This document shows, in pieces, positions 9,139 through 16,874 of a DNA stretch of 25,353 nucleotides. This stretch comes from Leptospirales bacterium. GTDB taxonomy: Bacteria > Spirochaetota > Leptospiria > Leptospirales > Leptonemataceae. The first letter of the stretch is position 1; each line of letters opens with the position of its first letter. Under the pieces are notes generated by a model. That model did no database searches and had not been told where the DNA came from. It saw nothing but the letters and a program-made list of their open reading frames with translations. The position numbers and the translations under genes are program-made. The stretch is taken from positions 1-25,353 of the forward strand of contig JAVHPJ010000238.1 in assembly GCA_036170535.1 (NCBI GenBank), given 5' to 3'.

Positions 9139-9341
9139 TCTGCACTTTGCGAGCGACTGGAGCTGCGCCCCTGCGGTGCAGACTCGATGCCGGTATGAGC
9201 TTACCCGCCTCCAATTAAAATCAGAACCGTCCGCCGACGTGTTTATCGCGTCGTCAGCCGGCCGTTGTCGCGCAAACCGCGCGGTCCCGCGCGTCGACGT
9301 TTCCGGCGCTCGTTATTCCTGAATTTCGAATGGAGCGCGCT

Positions 9342-9881
9342 ATGCGTAAGTTAATCTATTTTGTCGCTGTTACTCTCGATAACTTTATCTGCCGCGAAGA
9401 TGGATCGATTGACGGATTCGCCGCCGAAGGCGATCACATCCCCGCTTTTTTTGAGCGCCTTGCAGAATTTGATACGATTCTGATGGGGCGCGAAACCTAC
9501 GAGTTTGGTTATCGGTACGGGATGCAGCCCGGGGATCTTGCGTATCCGCAAGCGGGTCTCCATAACTATGTCTTCTCGCGAACTATCGGCCCGATTGAGT
9601 CGGATCAACTCACGGTGGTGCGCGCGGACGCCGCCGAGGCGGTGCGCGCTCTCAAGCGCGGCGTAGGACGTTCGATCTGGCTATGCGGCGGCGGGCGGCT
9701 GGCGGGCGCGCTGCTCGATGCAAAATTAATCGATGAGCTCTGGCTCAAGGTTGCGCCGGTCGCCTTCGGGCGCGGCCGACGATTGTTCGGGGAAAGTACT
9801 GCGAGCTTTGCTGCAGATTTGCGGGCCGCCCGAACCTTTTCGTCCGGCGTGGCTTTTCTGGATTATACGCTGCGTTACTGA
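9342..9881 (+). CDS. Dihydrofolate-reductase-like protein (RibD C-terminal domain family, YwjB/YyaP-like)
   Basis: MRKLIYFVAVTLDNFICREDGSIDGF...FDTILMGRETYE...SIWLCGGGRLAGALLDAKLIDELWLKVAPVAFGRG is the RibD_C/DHFR-like pattern. An alternative ATG lies at 9330. Confidence 0.6.
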   Translation: MRKLIYFVAVTLDNFICREDGSIDGFAAEGDHIPAFFERLAEFDTILMGRETYEFGYRYGMQPGDLAYPQAGLHNYVFSRTIGPIESDQLTVVRADAAEAVRALKRGVGRSIWLCGGGRLAGALLDAKLIDELWLKVAPVAFGRGRRLFGESTASFAADLRAARTFSSGVAFLDYTLRY

Positions 9882-9911
9882 CGCCGGTTAAAGCGCGGGC
9901 CGCCGTTTCCG

Positions 9912-10397
9912 TCAGAGTTGATAACGAAAGTGACGGCGGACGCGCGAATGGTGCGCAAAGTCATCTTCGACGGACCACGCGAGAATTAACCAGATCTCGC
10001 GTCCGGCGTCGAAGGCGAAATCATAGCGACCGCCCCTGACGGGCGTGCGAAAACGCACCCGCGTGCGGCCGCGTGTTTCGGTCAGTTCCAGAGTTTCCAG
10101 TCTTGACTGCGCGCCGAGCGTCCGCTTTTCCGGATGACGTCCGGCGGCGACGACAAACTGGTCGGAACTGCGCGGCCCGGCGGCCGTGACGGCGAACATC
10201 TTTAGATCCGCGCCGACGATGTCGTCGCGCGAGTTAAACCCGACGGCAATCCAGCCCGATGTGGGCGCTTCGAATTCGAATTCAATCGAGTCGCCCGCAA
10301 ATGCGTGCCGGAAGGTCATGCCATCCACGGCCAGCGGCGTGGCGAAGACGTTCGGGACTGGATCGAGCCACATAAATAAACCTGCTCCTGCGATCAT
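9912..10397 (-). CDS. DOMON-like domain protein (putative haem- or ligand-binding beta-sandwich). The start is uncertain.
   Basis: TSGWIAVGFNSRDDIVGADLKMF resembles the DOMON signature (GWVAIGFS..G.M.GSD). His residues near the C-terminus (AHHSRV) could be ligands. Candidate starts are ATG 10395-10397 (MIAGAGLFMW...) and ATG 10371-10373 (MWLDPV...). The ORF track starts at 10421. Confidence 0.4.
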   Translation of the reverse strand: MIAGAGLFMWLDPVPNVFATPLAVDGMTFRHAFAGDSIEFEFEAPTSGWIAVGFNSRDDIVGADLKMFAVTAAGPRSSDQFVVAAGRHPEKRTLGAQSRLETLELTETRGRTRVRFRTPVRGGRYDFAFDAGREIWLILAWSVEDDFAHHSRVRRHFRYQL

Positions 10398-10468
10398 ACA
10401 GCGCCGGAATCGATTACACATTGGTCTTCGCTTTGCGGAACCAGTCCGCCAGAGTCAGAAGTTTTTGA

Positions 10469-10488
10469 TTTGTTGCCCGGGCAACAAA
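10469..10488. promoter_or_regulatory. 20-bp perfect palindrome TTTGTTGCCCGGGCAACAAA in a divergent intergenic region (candidate operator)
   Basis: The sequence is identical to its own reverse complement when read from the listed sequence. It lies 72 bp upstream of the minus-strand DOMON-like gene start and upstream of the dLytM gene. Confidence 0.3.
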
Positions 10489-10874
10489 AATTTCGCCAGG
10501 GGGCCCGGGCATGCCAGAGGCTCGACCGGGCGCGCCAGGGACGGGGGCGGATTTTCGGATTGACGGGCGTCCCCGACGGACCGATCTCTTCAGGGGTTCG
10601 TCCCCCGGGGCGCACAGCAGAGGTGGGTCTGGCTCGTTCCGCAAAAAAGACGAGCGTCCGTGCAAGCGCGGGCGCTCGAAAGAAGGCCCCGCCGGTCCGT
10701 CGCGATCCGTTGTCCGTCGACGACTACGCGCGTCACCTCCGCGACGACGATGAGGCTGCGCCCGCGCCCGCCGCGAGCGGCCGCTCATTTCAAGAGCGCT
10801 GGCAAGAATTCCGGGCTCGCATCGAAGACCTGGCCGAGCGCATTCACAAAAAGGGGCGCGAGCGTTTGACCATC

Positions 10875-11825
10875 ATGGTCATTCCGCATACTGAGCAGAA
10901 GATTTTTAATCTGCACGTCAGCCTCTATACGATCAGCATCAGTGTGGCGGCGCTTGGCCTCGCGCTCCTGATATCGATGGTGAGTCTGGTCGGCAAGAGC
11001 GGCGAAGACATCCAGCATTACGACATGGGTCTGACCAACAGTCAGTTCAATGTGCAGAGCGTGAAGATGGCGGAAGAGATGATTCCGCTGCACGAAATTA
11101 TAAACGATTACACCAACACGATCGGCGAGTTGTATGTAAAGCTTGACGGCGACGAAGCGGCAGTCATGGGACAGGGCGGCGAAGCGCAGGTCGTGCTTGA
11201 TTCGGAGCTGGAAGAACTGCGCACGCTTGTCGCGAAGTGCCGTGCGCAGGGCGAGGCCTGCAACCAGGAACTCACGGAAGACATTCTCCGCCGCGTGATC
11301 CACCTTTCGCGCCAGGACAATCACAACCTGAAAAAAGCGGTCGAGATTTCTGAGAAGATCCTCTCTGAACTTAATACGCGCGAAAAGCAGCACCTCCTGC
11401 GCAACACGCCCAGCATCTGGCCCGCGCGCGGGTATCTCTTGAGTCCCTACGGCTGGCAGACGGACGGATTGCAGGGTCGACCGCGGTTTCAACGCGGCAT
11501 TGCTGTCGGTTCGCTGCCCGGCGCGGAAGTGTATGCAACTGCGCCCGGCGAAGTCGTGGACGTTTCATACGACGCGAACTATGGATTGCAGATCCGGGTG
11601 AAACATCGGTATGGAATAAAAACCTTCTACGCGCATCTGGATCGCGCGCGCGTTAAGAAAGGCGATCAGGTGAACAAAGGGCAGGTGATCGGCTATGTCG
11701 GCAAAAGCGGGCTGGCGCCGGTTTATATGTTGTATTACGAAGTTCACGTCGGCACTGTGGCGTATAATCCTCACGCGTTCTTGAACCACCTCCAGGACCA
11801 ATGGCTGATACAACCGAGAACCTGA
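10875..11825 (+). CDS. Membrane-anchored coiled-coil protein with a C-terminal degenerate LytM (peptidase M23) domain, EnvC- or Csd-like. The N-terminus may extend upstream.
   Basis: It has a TM segment (IFNLHVSLYTISISVAALGLALLISMVSLV) and a coiled coil. The M23 domain is GIAVGSLPGAEVYATAPGEVVDVSYDANYGLQIRVKHRYGIKTFYAHLDRARVKKGDQVNKGQVIGYVGKSG. The catalytic motifs are substituted: H-x3-D is FQRGIAV and HxH is MLYYEVH. The first ATG is at 10875. The frame is open upstream to a TTG at 10470, with an Arg/Pro-rich translation. Confidence 0.7.
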   Translation: MVIPHTEQKIFNLHVSLYTISISVAALGLALLISMVSLVGKSGEDIQHYDMGLTNSQFNVQSVKMAEEMIPLHEIINDYTNTIGELYVKLDGDEAAVMGQGGEAQVVLDSELEELRTLVAKCRAQGEACNQELTEDILRRVIHLSRQDNHNLKKAVEISEKILSELNTREKQHLLRNTPSIWPARGYLLSPYGWQTDGLQGRPRFQRGIAVGSLPGAEVYATAPGEVVDVSYDANYGLQIRVKHRYGIKTFYAHLDRARVKKGDQVNKGQVIGYVGKSGLAPVYMLYYEVHVGTVAYNPHAFLNHLQDQWLIQPRT

Positions 11826-12160
11826 TCGTCAATAGCCTGATCGGCGAAGGATCGGAATTCCGCGGCGAATTCAAGGTCAAGGACCTGATTCGCATCGATG
11901 GCTATTTTAAGGGCGCGATTCTTACCGACGGCAAGGTGCTTGTGGGCCGATCCGGCGTGGTCGAAACTGACATTCGCGCCGGCGTCGTGGTTGTGGGCGG
12001 CGAAGTGCGCGGTTCGATCAACGCAAACAAGCGCGTGACGCTGCTCAGCACCAGTCGTGTTTACGGCGACATCATTACGCGCAGCCTGGTCGTGGAAGAG
12101 GGCGTGGTCTTCGAAGGGCGTTGCACGATCAACCGCGGCGTTGCGGCCGCGGACAACTGA
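11801..12160 (+). CDS. Bactofilin (DUF583 / BacA-CcmA family cytoskeletal protein)
   Basis: FRGEFKVKDLIRIDGYFKGAILTDGKVLVGRSGVVETDIRAGVVVVGGEVRGSINANKRVTLLSTSRVYGDIITRSLVVEEGVVFEGRC is the bactofilin beta-helical repeat pattern. It overlaps the upstream dLytM gene by 25 nt. Confidence 0.85.
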   Translation: MADTTENLIVNSLIGEGSEFRGEFKVKDLIRIDGYFKGAILTDGKVLVGRSGVVETDIRAGVVVVGGEVRGSINANKRVTLLSTSRVYGDIITRSLVVEEGVVFEGRCTINRGVAAADN

Positions 12161-12178
12161 CCCGTAGAGCGTTCCGGA

Positions 12179-12823
12179 TCACCGCTCCAGCGAGTCTAAC
12201 GCCGCGTCAATGCGCGCCTGCAGGCCTGACTCTGTCTGCGTATCCGCCGCCTGGCCGTTTGCAGCTGATCCTGTTTCGCCGGCCCGGGGCGCAGGATCTT
12301 GTCCGGCCGTCTGTCGACGACGGCGCGGCGCCCGCACCAGATAAATCACCAGCGCGCTGAACAGTGCAATCGCGGCTGCGCCGAGGATGTACATGGGCCA
12401 GGGCGAAGGCTCGCGATTCAGGATGGTTGTGCCAAAGCCGCGCACAAAGCCCTGCACAAGGCCGGCATGCCCGGTAGTCTGGAGTTCGGCGAGTTGCGGA
12501 TCAGCGCGCACACGTTCCCCGAATCCGGAAACAAAGCCGGCGACGATTTCGTCCGACTGCATGCCTTCCAGCACGCGCGTTTCGATAAAGCGCCGCGCCT
12601 GTACCGCAAAACATCCCGAGTCGACATGCAGGCAGTCGCCGACCGTGCCGTGGCAGCCGCAAAAACAATTCAAGCGCGCGCCGGTTTCGAAGTAGATTCG
12701 CAGATGTCCCGGCTGGGTCAGTCGCTCGGGCGCTCGCTCGGCGTGCACAGGCAGCGAGGCTACGACGCCCGCAATCCAGATCAGCCTGCATGCCAGGGAG
12801 AGATTACGGTCGCGTCGGTTCAA
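12179..12823 (-). CDS. CcmH/NrfF-like thiol-disulfide protein (cytochrome c maturation family fold) with a C-terminal TM anchor
   Basis: LNCFCGCHGTVGDCLHVDSGCFAVQARRFIETRVLEGMQSDEIVAGFVSGFGERV follows the CcmH pattern L.C..C......DS....A.D.R..V.....G.sD.EI..f...YG..V. It is followed by the TM helix WPMYILGAAAIALFSALVIYLV. There is a signal peptide (LACRLIWIAGVVASLPVHA). The start is a TTG at 12821-12823 with GAGG 7 nt upstream. No in-frame ATG lies upstream of the CxxC. Confidence 0.5.
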   Translation of the reverse strand: MNRRDRNLSLACRLIWIAGVVASLPVHAERAPERLTQPGHLRIYFETGARLNCFCGCHGTVGDCLHVDSGCFAVQARRFIETRVLEGMQSDEIVAGFVSGFGERVRADPQLAELQTTGHAGLVQGFVRGFGTTILNREPSPWPMYILGAAAIALFSALVIYLVRAPRRRRQTAGQDPAPRAGETGSAANGQAADTQTESGLQARIDAALDSLER

Positions 12824-12908
12824 GGTTGGCCTCGTTCTTCCATGGTCGCGGCGGCCCTCCGGTAGTCAGCCAGAATTGTAGCTTTGGCTGCGGCGAGTTT
12901 CGGCGGCG

Positions 12909-13355
12909 CTATGCGGGCCGTTTACTTTGCGCAGCCGCCTGCAAGTCGATGACGTGATCAACCGAAAGCCGGCCGCCGCCGTAAAACACGTACATTGCAA
13001 GCAGTCCCAACACAAGCAGGGCGTATTCAAACTCCGAGCCCGGCGCGCTCGCGGCGCCCCGCGCATACAGTATAAATACCGCTCCGAGTAGAATGGGCGC
13101 CTGAAAGGCGGCGACCACGCGCGTGAGCAAACCGATCGCCAGCATCGCTCCGCCAATGATGTGCGCAAACATAACGTAATGCGCGAAGAAAAAGGCCGCC
13201 ATTGGAGTTTCCTGGGCGTTGAGCAGCTCCAGAAATTGTCCGGTGTTTTCCAGAAAATAGAAACCGCGCCAGATCAAGAGCGCTCCCAGATACGCGCGAA
13301 CGAATTCGATCGCCCAGTCGCCGTGGGCGGATAGCCAGTCTGCGAATTGTTTCAT
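12909..13355 (-). CDS. DoxX-family integral membrane protein
   Basis: It has four predicted TM helices and the C-terminus GGGRLSVDHV, which matches the DoxX terminal G.G..S.D motif. The ATG at 13353-13355 (MKQFADWLSAHGDW...) is preceded by GGAGGGGAT. The ORF track extends to 13505. Confidence 0.7.
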   Translation of the reverse strand: MKQFADWLSAHGDWAIEFVRAYLGALLIWRGFYFLENTGQFLELLNAQETPMAAFFFAHYVMFAHIIGGAMLAIGLLTRVVAAFQAPILLGAVFILYARGAASAPGSEFEYALLVLGLLAMYVFYGGGRLSVDHVIDLQAAAQSKRPA

Positions 13356-13370
13356 ATCCCCTCCAGATTG

Positions 13371-13404
13371 CTGCGTACGCGAGGAGGCGGCCGCGCGTAC
13401 GCAG
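13371..13404. promoter_or_regulatory. Stem-loop (11-bp perfect stem CTGCGTACGCG / CGCGTACGCAG, 12-nt loop) in the DoxX upstream region
   Basis: The inverted repeat was read directly from the sequence. It lies 16 nt upstream of the DoxX ATG (minus) in a divergent intergenic region. Confidence 0.25.
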
Positions 13405-13570
13405 CAGTTGAGGCGGCGCGGGGCCGCCGTCGCCTGTTTCACAGAACCCCGGAGGAAGCCGATTACAACGTATTTTTCAGTAAATTTCGTCGTGCGCTGC
13501 AACATGGTTTGGTCGGCTTGCCGGTGTTGGCCCGCTTTATTTGGATCGGATCCATTTTCTTTTGACTTCG

Positions 13571-13590
13571 GACTGCGCGGTGGCGCAGTC
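13571..13590 (+). promoter_or_regulatory. Short hairpin (8-bp stem GACTGCGC / GCGCAGTC, 4-nt loop) 8 nt upstream of the ATG at 13598
   Basis: The inverted repeat was read directly from the sequence. It sits where an RBS would be expected. Confidence 0.2.
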
Positions 13591-13597
13591 TGGAACT

Positions 13598-14566
13598 ATG
13601 CAGGCTGAGCAAGACCCGACTACCGAAGACGAGACGCAAGTCCCGGAGGACGGCGAACTCGCAAAGACTGAGGCTGCGCCCGCGCCTGCCGCGCCGGAGG
13701 CGGACAGCGAAGGCTTGCCGGACTACCTGCGCCCGCTTGCAGATTTTCGCGGCGTCGCCGCCGGCCAGGTGGTGCGCCGGATTGGCGGCGAAAAGGATCA
13801 GCAGGGGCGTTTTGTTCGATTAAACGACGAAGGCGACGGCATGATCGTCGTGGAAGTTGTGGACTTAAAAACGCACGAGTACCTGGCGGAAGTCGGCGTG
13901 ATACGTCCGGCGCCTGGCGACGCGCTGTACGTGCACGATTCGCATTTTGGCGACGACGCGGTTTCACGCGAGGCGCTGGACACGGTAAAAAACTGGAGTC
14001 TGATTCGCGAACATCCGGAGCTGCGCGATGAAATACTGGAATTTGTTCAGTCTGCGTTTTCTCCGGCGCAGATTCGCGACTGGAAAAAACGCGATCACCT
14101 GCGCTGGCTGTTTGTCCCCATACAACACAAATTCAAAATTGGTCGACACAAAGAAAAAATTGATTGGGACAAAAAGCGCGATGAGATATTTCTGCACGAA
14201 CTGCGGGCGCTGAACTCCGGCAAGCATATGACCTACGTCGCGTTTATTCCGCGCGATACCAATCATCAGCCGATGTACTACACCTACGGCACCAAGCCGC
14301 ATCTGGAAACCATGAAACAACTGGAACGCGAACCGTTTGCATTCCGGCCCAATCAAGGCGGCCACATCAAATGCGTCGATGAACGCGACGGCGTTAAGGT
14401 GATACTCGTCGACGCCGGTTCCAACGATTTGGGCGCGGGCATGCATACGCCGCTGGCGATTGCCGAGATGGTCGTCGAAGGCTTGAAAAAACTCTTTCCT
14501 GGCGAAAGCATCGAATACCGTCCGCTGCCGGGCCGCGAAGCCTTTGGCATGGAACAAAGCTATTGA
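13598..14566 (+). CDS. Hypothetical protein with an acidic low-complexity N-terminus and a conserved-looking C-terminal globular region. No domain recognised.
   Basis: The ORF is 323 aa from the ATG at 13598 (MQAEQDPTTEDETQVPEDGELAKTEAAPAPAAPEADSEG...). The C-terminal region shows protein-like composition (HKFKIGRHKEKIDWDKKRDEIFLHELRALNSGKHMTYVAFIPRDTNHQPMYYTYGTKPH...GHIKCVDERDGVKVILVDAGSNDLGAGMHTPLAIAEM). The ORF track start at 13541 would add 19 residues. Confidence 0.5.
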   Translation: MQAEQDPTTEDETQVPEDGELAKTEAAPAPAAPEADSEGLPDYLRPLADFRGVAAGQVVRRIGGEKDQQGRFVRLNDEGDGMIVVEVVDLKTHEYLAEVGVIRPAPGDALYVHDSHFGDDAVSREALDTVKNWSLIREHPELRDEILEFVQSAFSPAQIRDWKKRDHLRWLFVPIQHKFKIGRHKEKIDWDKKRDEIFLHELRALNSGKHMTYVAFIPRDTNHQPMYYTYGTKPHLETMKQLEREPFAFRPNQGGHIKCVDERDGVKVILVDAGSNDLGAGMHTPLAIAEMVVEGLKKLFPGESIEYRPLPGREAFGMEQSY

Positions 14567-15059
14567 AGATTCTCACGAAGACCGCATCGCCGACGCGGCG
14601 CAGGCCCGGGCGGATGCGGGTTTTTTACGTGCGCAATTCGGGATTTTCCGATATTTAAGAAGTATGGATTCAGCGCTGCGAGCCGAATTAGTGCGTCAGG
14701 GCAACCAGGCCTTTAACGCAGGCGATTACGCGAAGGCGCGGGATCTGTTTACGCGCGCCGCCTACAAAGACGGCCTCATTCGCATTGGCGACTATTACAT
14801 GTACGAGCGCCGACTGCCGCTGCTGGCGTACGGCTATTACAAACGCGCGGGCGCCAATGCAAAAGTCGAAGACCTGCATCGACGCATGATCGGCGCCCTG
14901 GGCGAATGGATTGGGCGCGATAAGATCCGGCCGGAGTTTTTTGGTTCCGGCGGACGCAAAATGGAAAAGCTCGAGGTCGACGCCGAGGGCATGATCCCCG
15001 TGCCGGTGGCGCCGGAACTCAAGGAGCTGGCCCTCAAGCTGTTGGCCGGCAAGCGCTGA
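14544..15059 (+). CDS. Hypothetical protein, TPR-like helical repeat
   Basis: GNQAFNAGDYAKARDLFTRAAYKDGLIRIGDYYMYERRLPLLAYGYYKRAG resembles TPR or Sel1-type repeats. It overlaps the upstream gene by 23 nt if the ATG at 14544 is used. An alternative ATG lies at 14664. Confidence 0.4.
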   Translation: MAWNKAIEDSHEDRIADAAQARADAGFLRAQFGIFRYLRSMDSALRAELVRQGNQAFNAGDYAKARDLFTRAAYKDGLIRIGDYYMYERRLPLLAYGYYKRAGANAKVEDLHRRMIGALGEWIGRDKIRPEFFGSGGRKMEKLEVDAEGMIPVPVAPELKELALKLLAGKR

Positions 15060-15065
15060 GCGCAC

Positions 15066-15515
15066 TCAGTTGGCGGAGTCCGCTTCTTCCGCGCGCTGCG
15101 ACTGTGCGTGAAAAAACTTCATTACTTCAATGCCCGGACTCAGCGCAGTGCGCCAGGCCAATTCGACCAACGGCGCAAATTCCGGGTCGTCGGCGCGCAC
15201 CGTATCCGCCAGACAATCCATCCAGACGGCGTACCACTCCGGATTGATGTCCAGGTCCGCGCGGCCGTGCCGCACCGCGATCGCCTCAAGATCCGCCGTA
15301 ACGCGTCGGCTGAGATAAAAGGCGAGCAATACGGCGAACGAGCCGCGCAACATTCTGCGCTGGCGCTCCATGTCAGAGGCGGCGAAACGCGCTCGAATTT
15401 GCGACGAGGCTGCAAAGAATCGATCATAAAAGTCGTCGAAGAATCCGTCGCCCCGGGCGCGTAAAACGCGGGCGTAACTCTGACGGAAGACTTCTTCGAG
15501 GTCTCTGGAGATCAC
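15066..15515 (-). CDS. Single-domain globin (sensor-globin / protoglobin-like family)
   Basis: FFDDFYDRFFAASSQIRARFAASDMERQRRMLRGSFAVLL follows the sensor-globin pattern F..FY..L....P.....F...DM..Q...L. AIAVRHGRADLDINPEWYAVWMDCLADTV fits the proximal-His region. The ORF is 149 aa. Confidence 0.45.
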   Translation of the reverse strand: MISRDLEEVFRQSYARVLRARGDGFFDDFYDRFFAASSQIRARFAASDMERQRRMLRGSFAVLLAFYLSRRVTADLEAIAVRHGRADLDINPEWYAVWMDCLADTVRADDPEFAPLVELAWRTALSPGIEVMKFFHAQSQRAEEADSAN

Positions 15516-15662
15516 GCGCTATCCCGGACCGGCGACCCCGCTTCGCAAGCTTTTTGCAGATCCGGATAAATATTATTCTTTATAAATATTTTTTGTGGGC
15601 TGGCCGGATGCGCAGTATCCCGGCCATGTCTGAGTACTTACGCGTACGCGACCGGACAGTGT

Positions 15663-16874
15663 TCAGGGTTTGCCCAGAATTTCGTGTCCCATTTTGTCGC
15701 GTTTTGTTTGAAGATATTTTACATTGTGTTCGTTCTGTTCCACTTCCAGCGGGACCTTTTCCACAATTTCCAGACCGTAACCCATGATCGCCGCGCGCTT
15801 TGCGGGATTGTTGGAAATGAGTCGCATGCGCGAAACGCCCAGATCGCGCAGAATCTGCGCGCCCACGCCGTAGTCGCGCTCATCCATCTTGAAACCGAGT
15901 TGCAGGTTGGCCTCGACCGTATCCAGACCGCTTTCCTGCAGCTTATAGGCTTTGAGTTTGTTCAGCAGCCCAATGCCCCGGCCCTCCTGCTGCATGTAGA
16001 GGATCACGCCCTGGCCGGCCTTTTCTACCATGCGCATCGCGGCATGCAATTGCTTGCCGCAGTCGCAACGGCAGGAACCAAATATGTCGCCCGTAGCGCA
16101 GGAGGAATGCACGCGGACGAGGATCGGCTCGCCTTCGCTCCACTCGCCCTTGATCAGCGCGAGATGCACGTCGCCGGTGAGTTTTTCGGAATACGCGCGC
16201 AGTCGAAAGGCGCCATATTCGGTCGGCATATCGACTTCTTCGCGACGTTCAATCAGCGAGTCATGGCGCAGGCGATACTCGATCAGATCCTTGATGCTGA
16301 TCATCTTGAGTGCAAAACGCTCGGCGATGCGCTCGAGATCCGGCAGGCGCGCCATGGTGCCGTCTTCGTTCATGATTTCGACCAGCACGCCGGCCGGCTC
16401 AAAGCCGGCGAGTCGGGCGAGATCCACGGTCGCTTCCGTATGACCCGCGCGGCGCAGGACGCCGCCGTCGCGCGCACGCAGCGGAAAAATATGTCCAGGG
16501 CGCGCGAGTTCGGCCGGGTCGGTATTGGGATTAATCAGCGCCTGGACGGTTTTCGCGCGGTCGCTGGCGCTGATCCCGGTGGTGCAGCCGTGGCCGATCA
16601 GATCGACCGAGACGGTAAAGGGCGTGGCGTAAACGGCGGTGTTGTCCTGATCGCCGACCATCATGGTGAGTTGCAGTTCGCGGCAGCGCTCGTCGCTCAG
16701 CGGGGCGCAGATCAGGCCGCGACCGTGGGTCGCCATGAAGTTGATGATCTCCGGAGTTACATTGCGAGCGGCGGTGACAAAGTCGCCTTCGTTTTCCCGA
16801 TCTTCGTCGTCGACGACGACGATCAGTTTGCCTTTGCGCAGATCTTCGATGGCGTCTTCAATTGTATTCAGCAT
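15663..16874 (-). CDS. ribBA: Bifunctional 3,4-dihydroxy-2-butanone-4-phosphate synthase / GTP cyclohydrolase II
   Basis: RibB is supported by [36 protein letters not shown] and [13 protein letters not shown]. RibA is supported by [58 protein letters not shown] and [24 protein letters not shown]. The ATG at 16872-16874 has GAGGGA 4 nt upstream. The ORF track extends 153 codons further, to 17333. Confidence 0.9.
   Translation of the reverse strand: MLNTIEDAIEDLRKGKLIVVVDDEDRENEGDFVTAARNVTPEIINFMATHGRGLICAPLSDERCRELQLTMMVGDQDNTAVYATPFTVSVDLIGHGCTTGISASDRAKTVQALINPNTDPAELARPGHIFPLRARDGGVLRRAGHTEATVDLARLAGFEPAGVLVEIMNEDGTMARLPDLERIAERFALKMISIKDLIEYRLRHDSLIERREEVDMPTEYGAFRLRAYSEKLTGDVHLALIKGEWSEGEPILVRVHSSCATGDIFGSCRCDCGKQLHAAMRMVEKAGQGVILYMQQEGRGIGLLNKLKAYKLQESGLDTVEANLQLGFKMDERDYGVGAQILRDLGVSRMRLISNNPAKRAAIMGYGLEIVEKVPLEVEQNEHNVKYLQTKRDKMGHEILGKP

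Noticed and set aside
12299-12865. 188-aa plus-strand ORF covering the CcmH-like gene
   Set aside because: The minus-strand frame carries the CcmH CxxC and DS...GxSDxEI pattern and a signal peptide plus TM topology. The plus frame has none of these.
15516-15662. Possible intrinsic terminator after ribBA (hairpin TGGCCGG...CCGGCCA near 15606-15631)
   Set aside because: In the ribBA (minus) transcript orientation the hairpin is followed by an A-run, not a U-run. The T-run lies on the wrong side, so it is not a canonical terminator.
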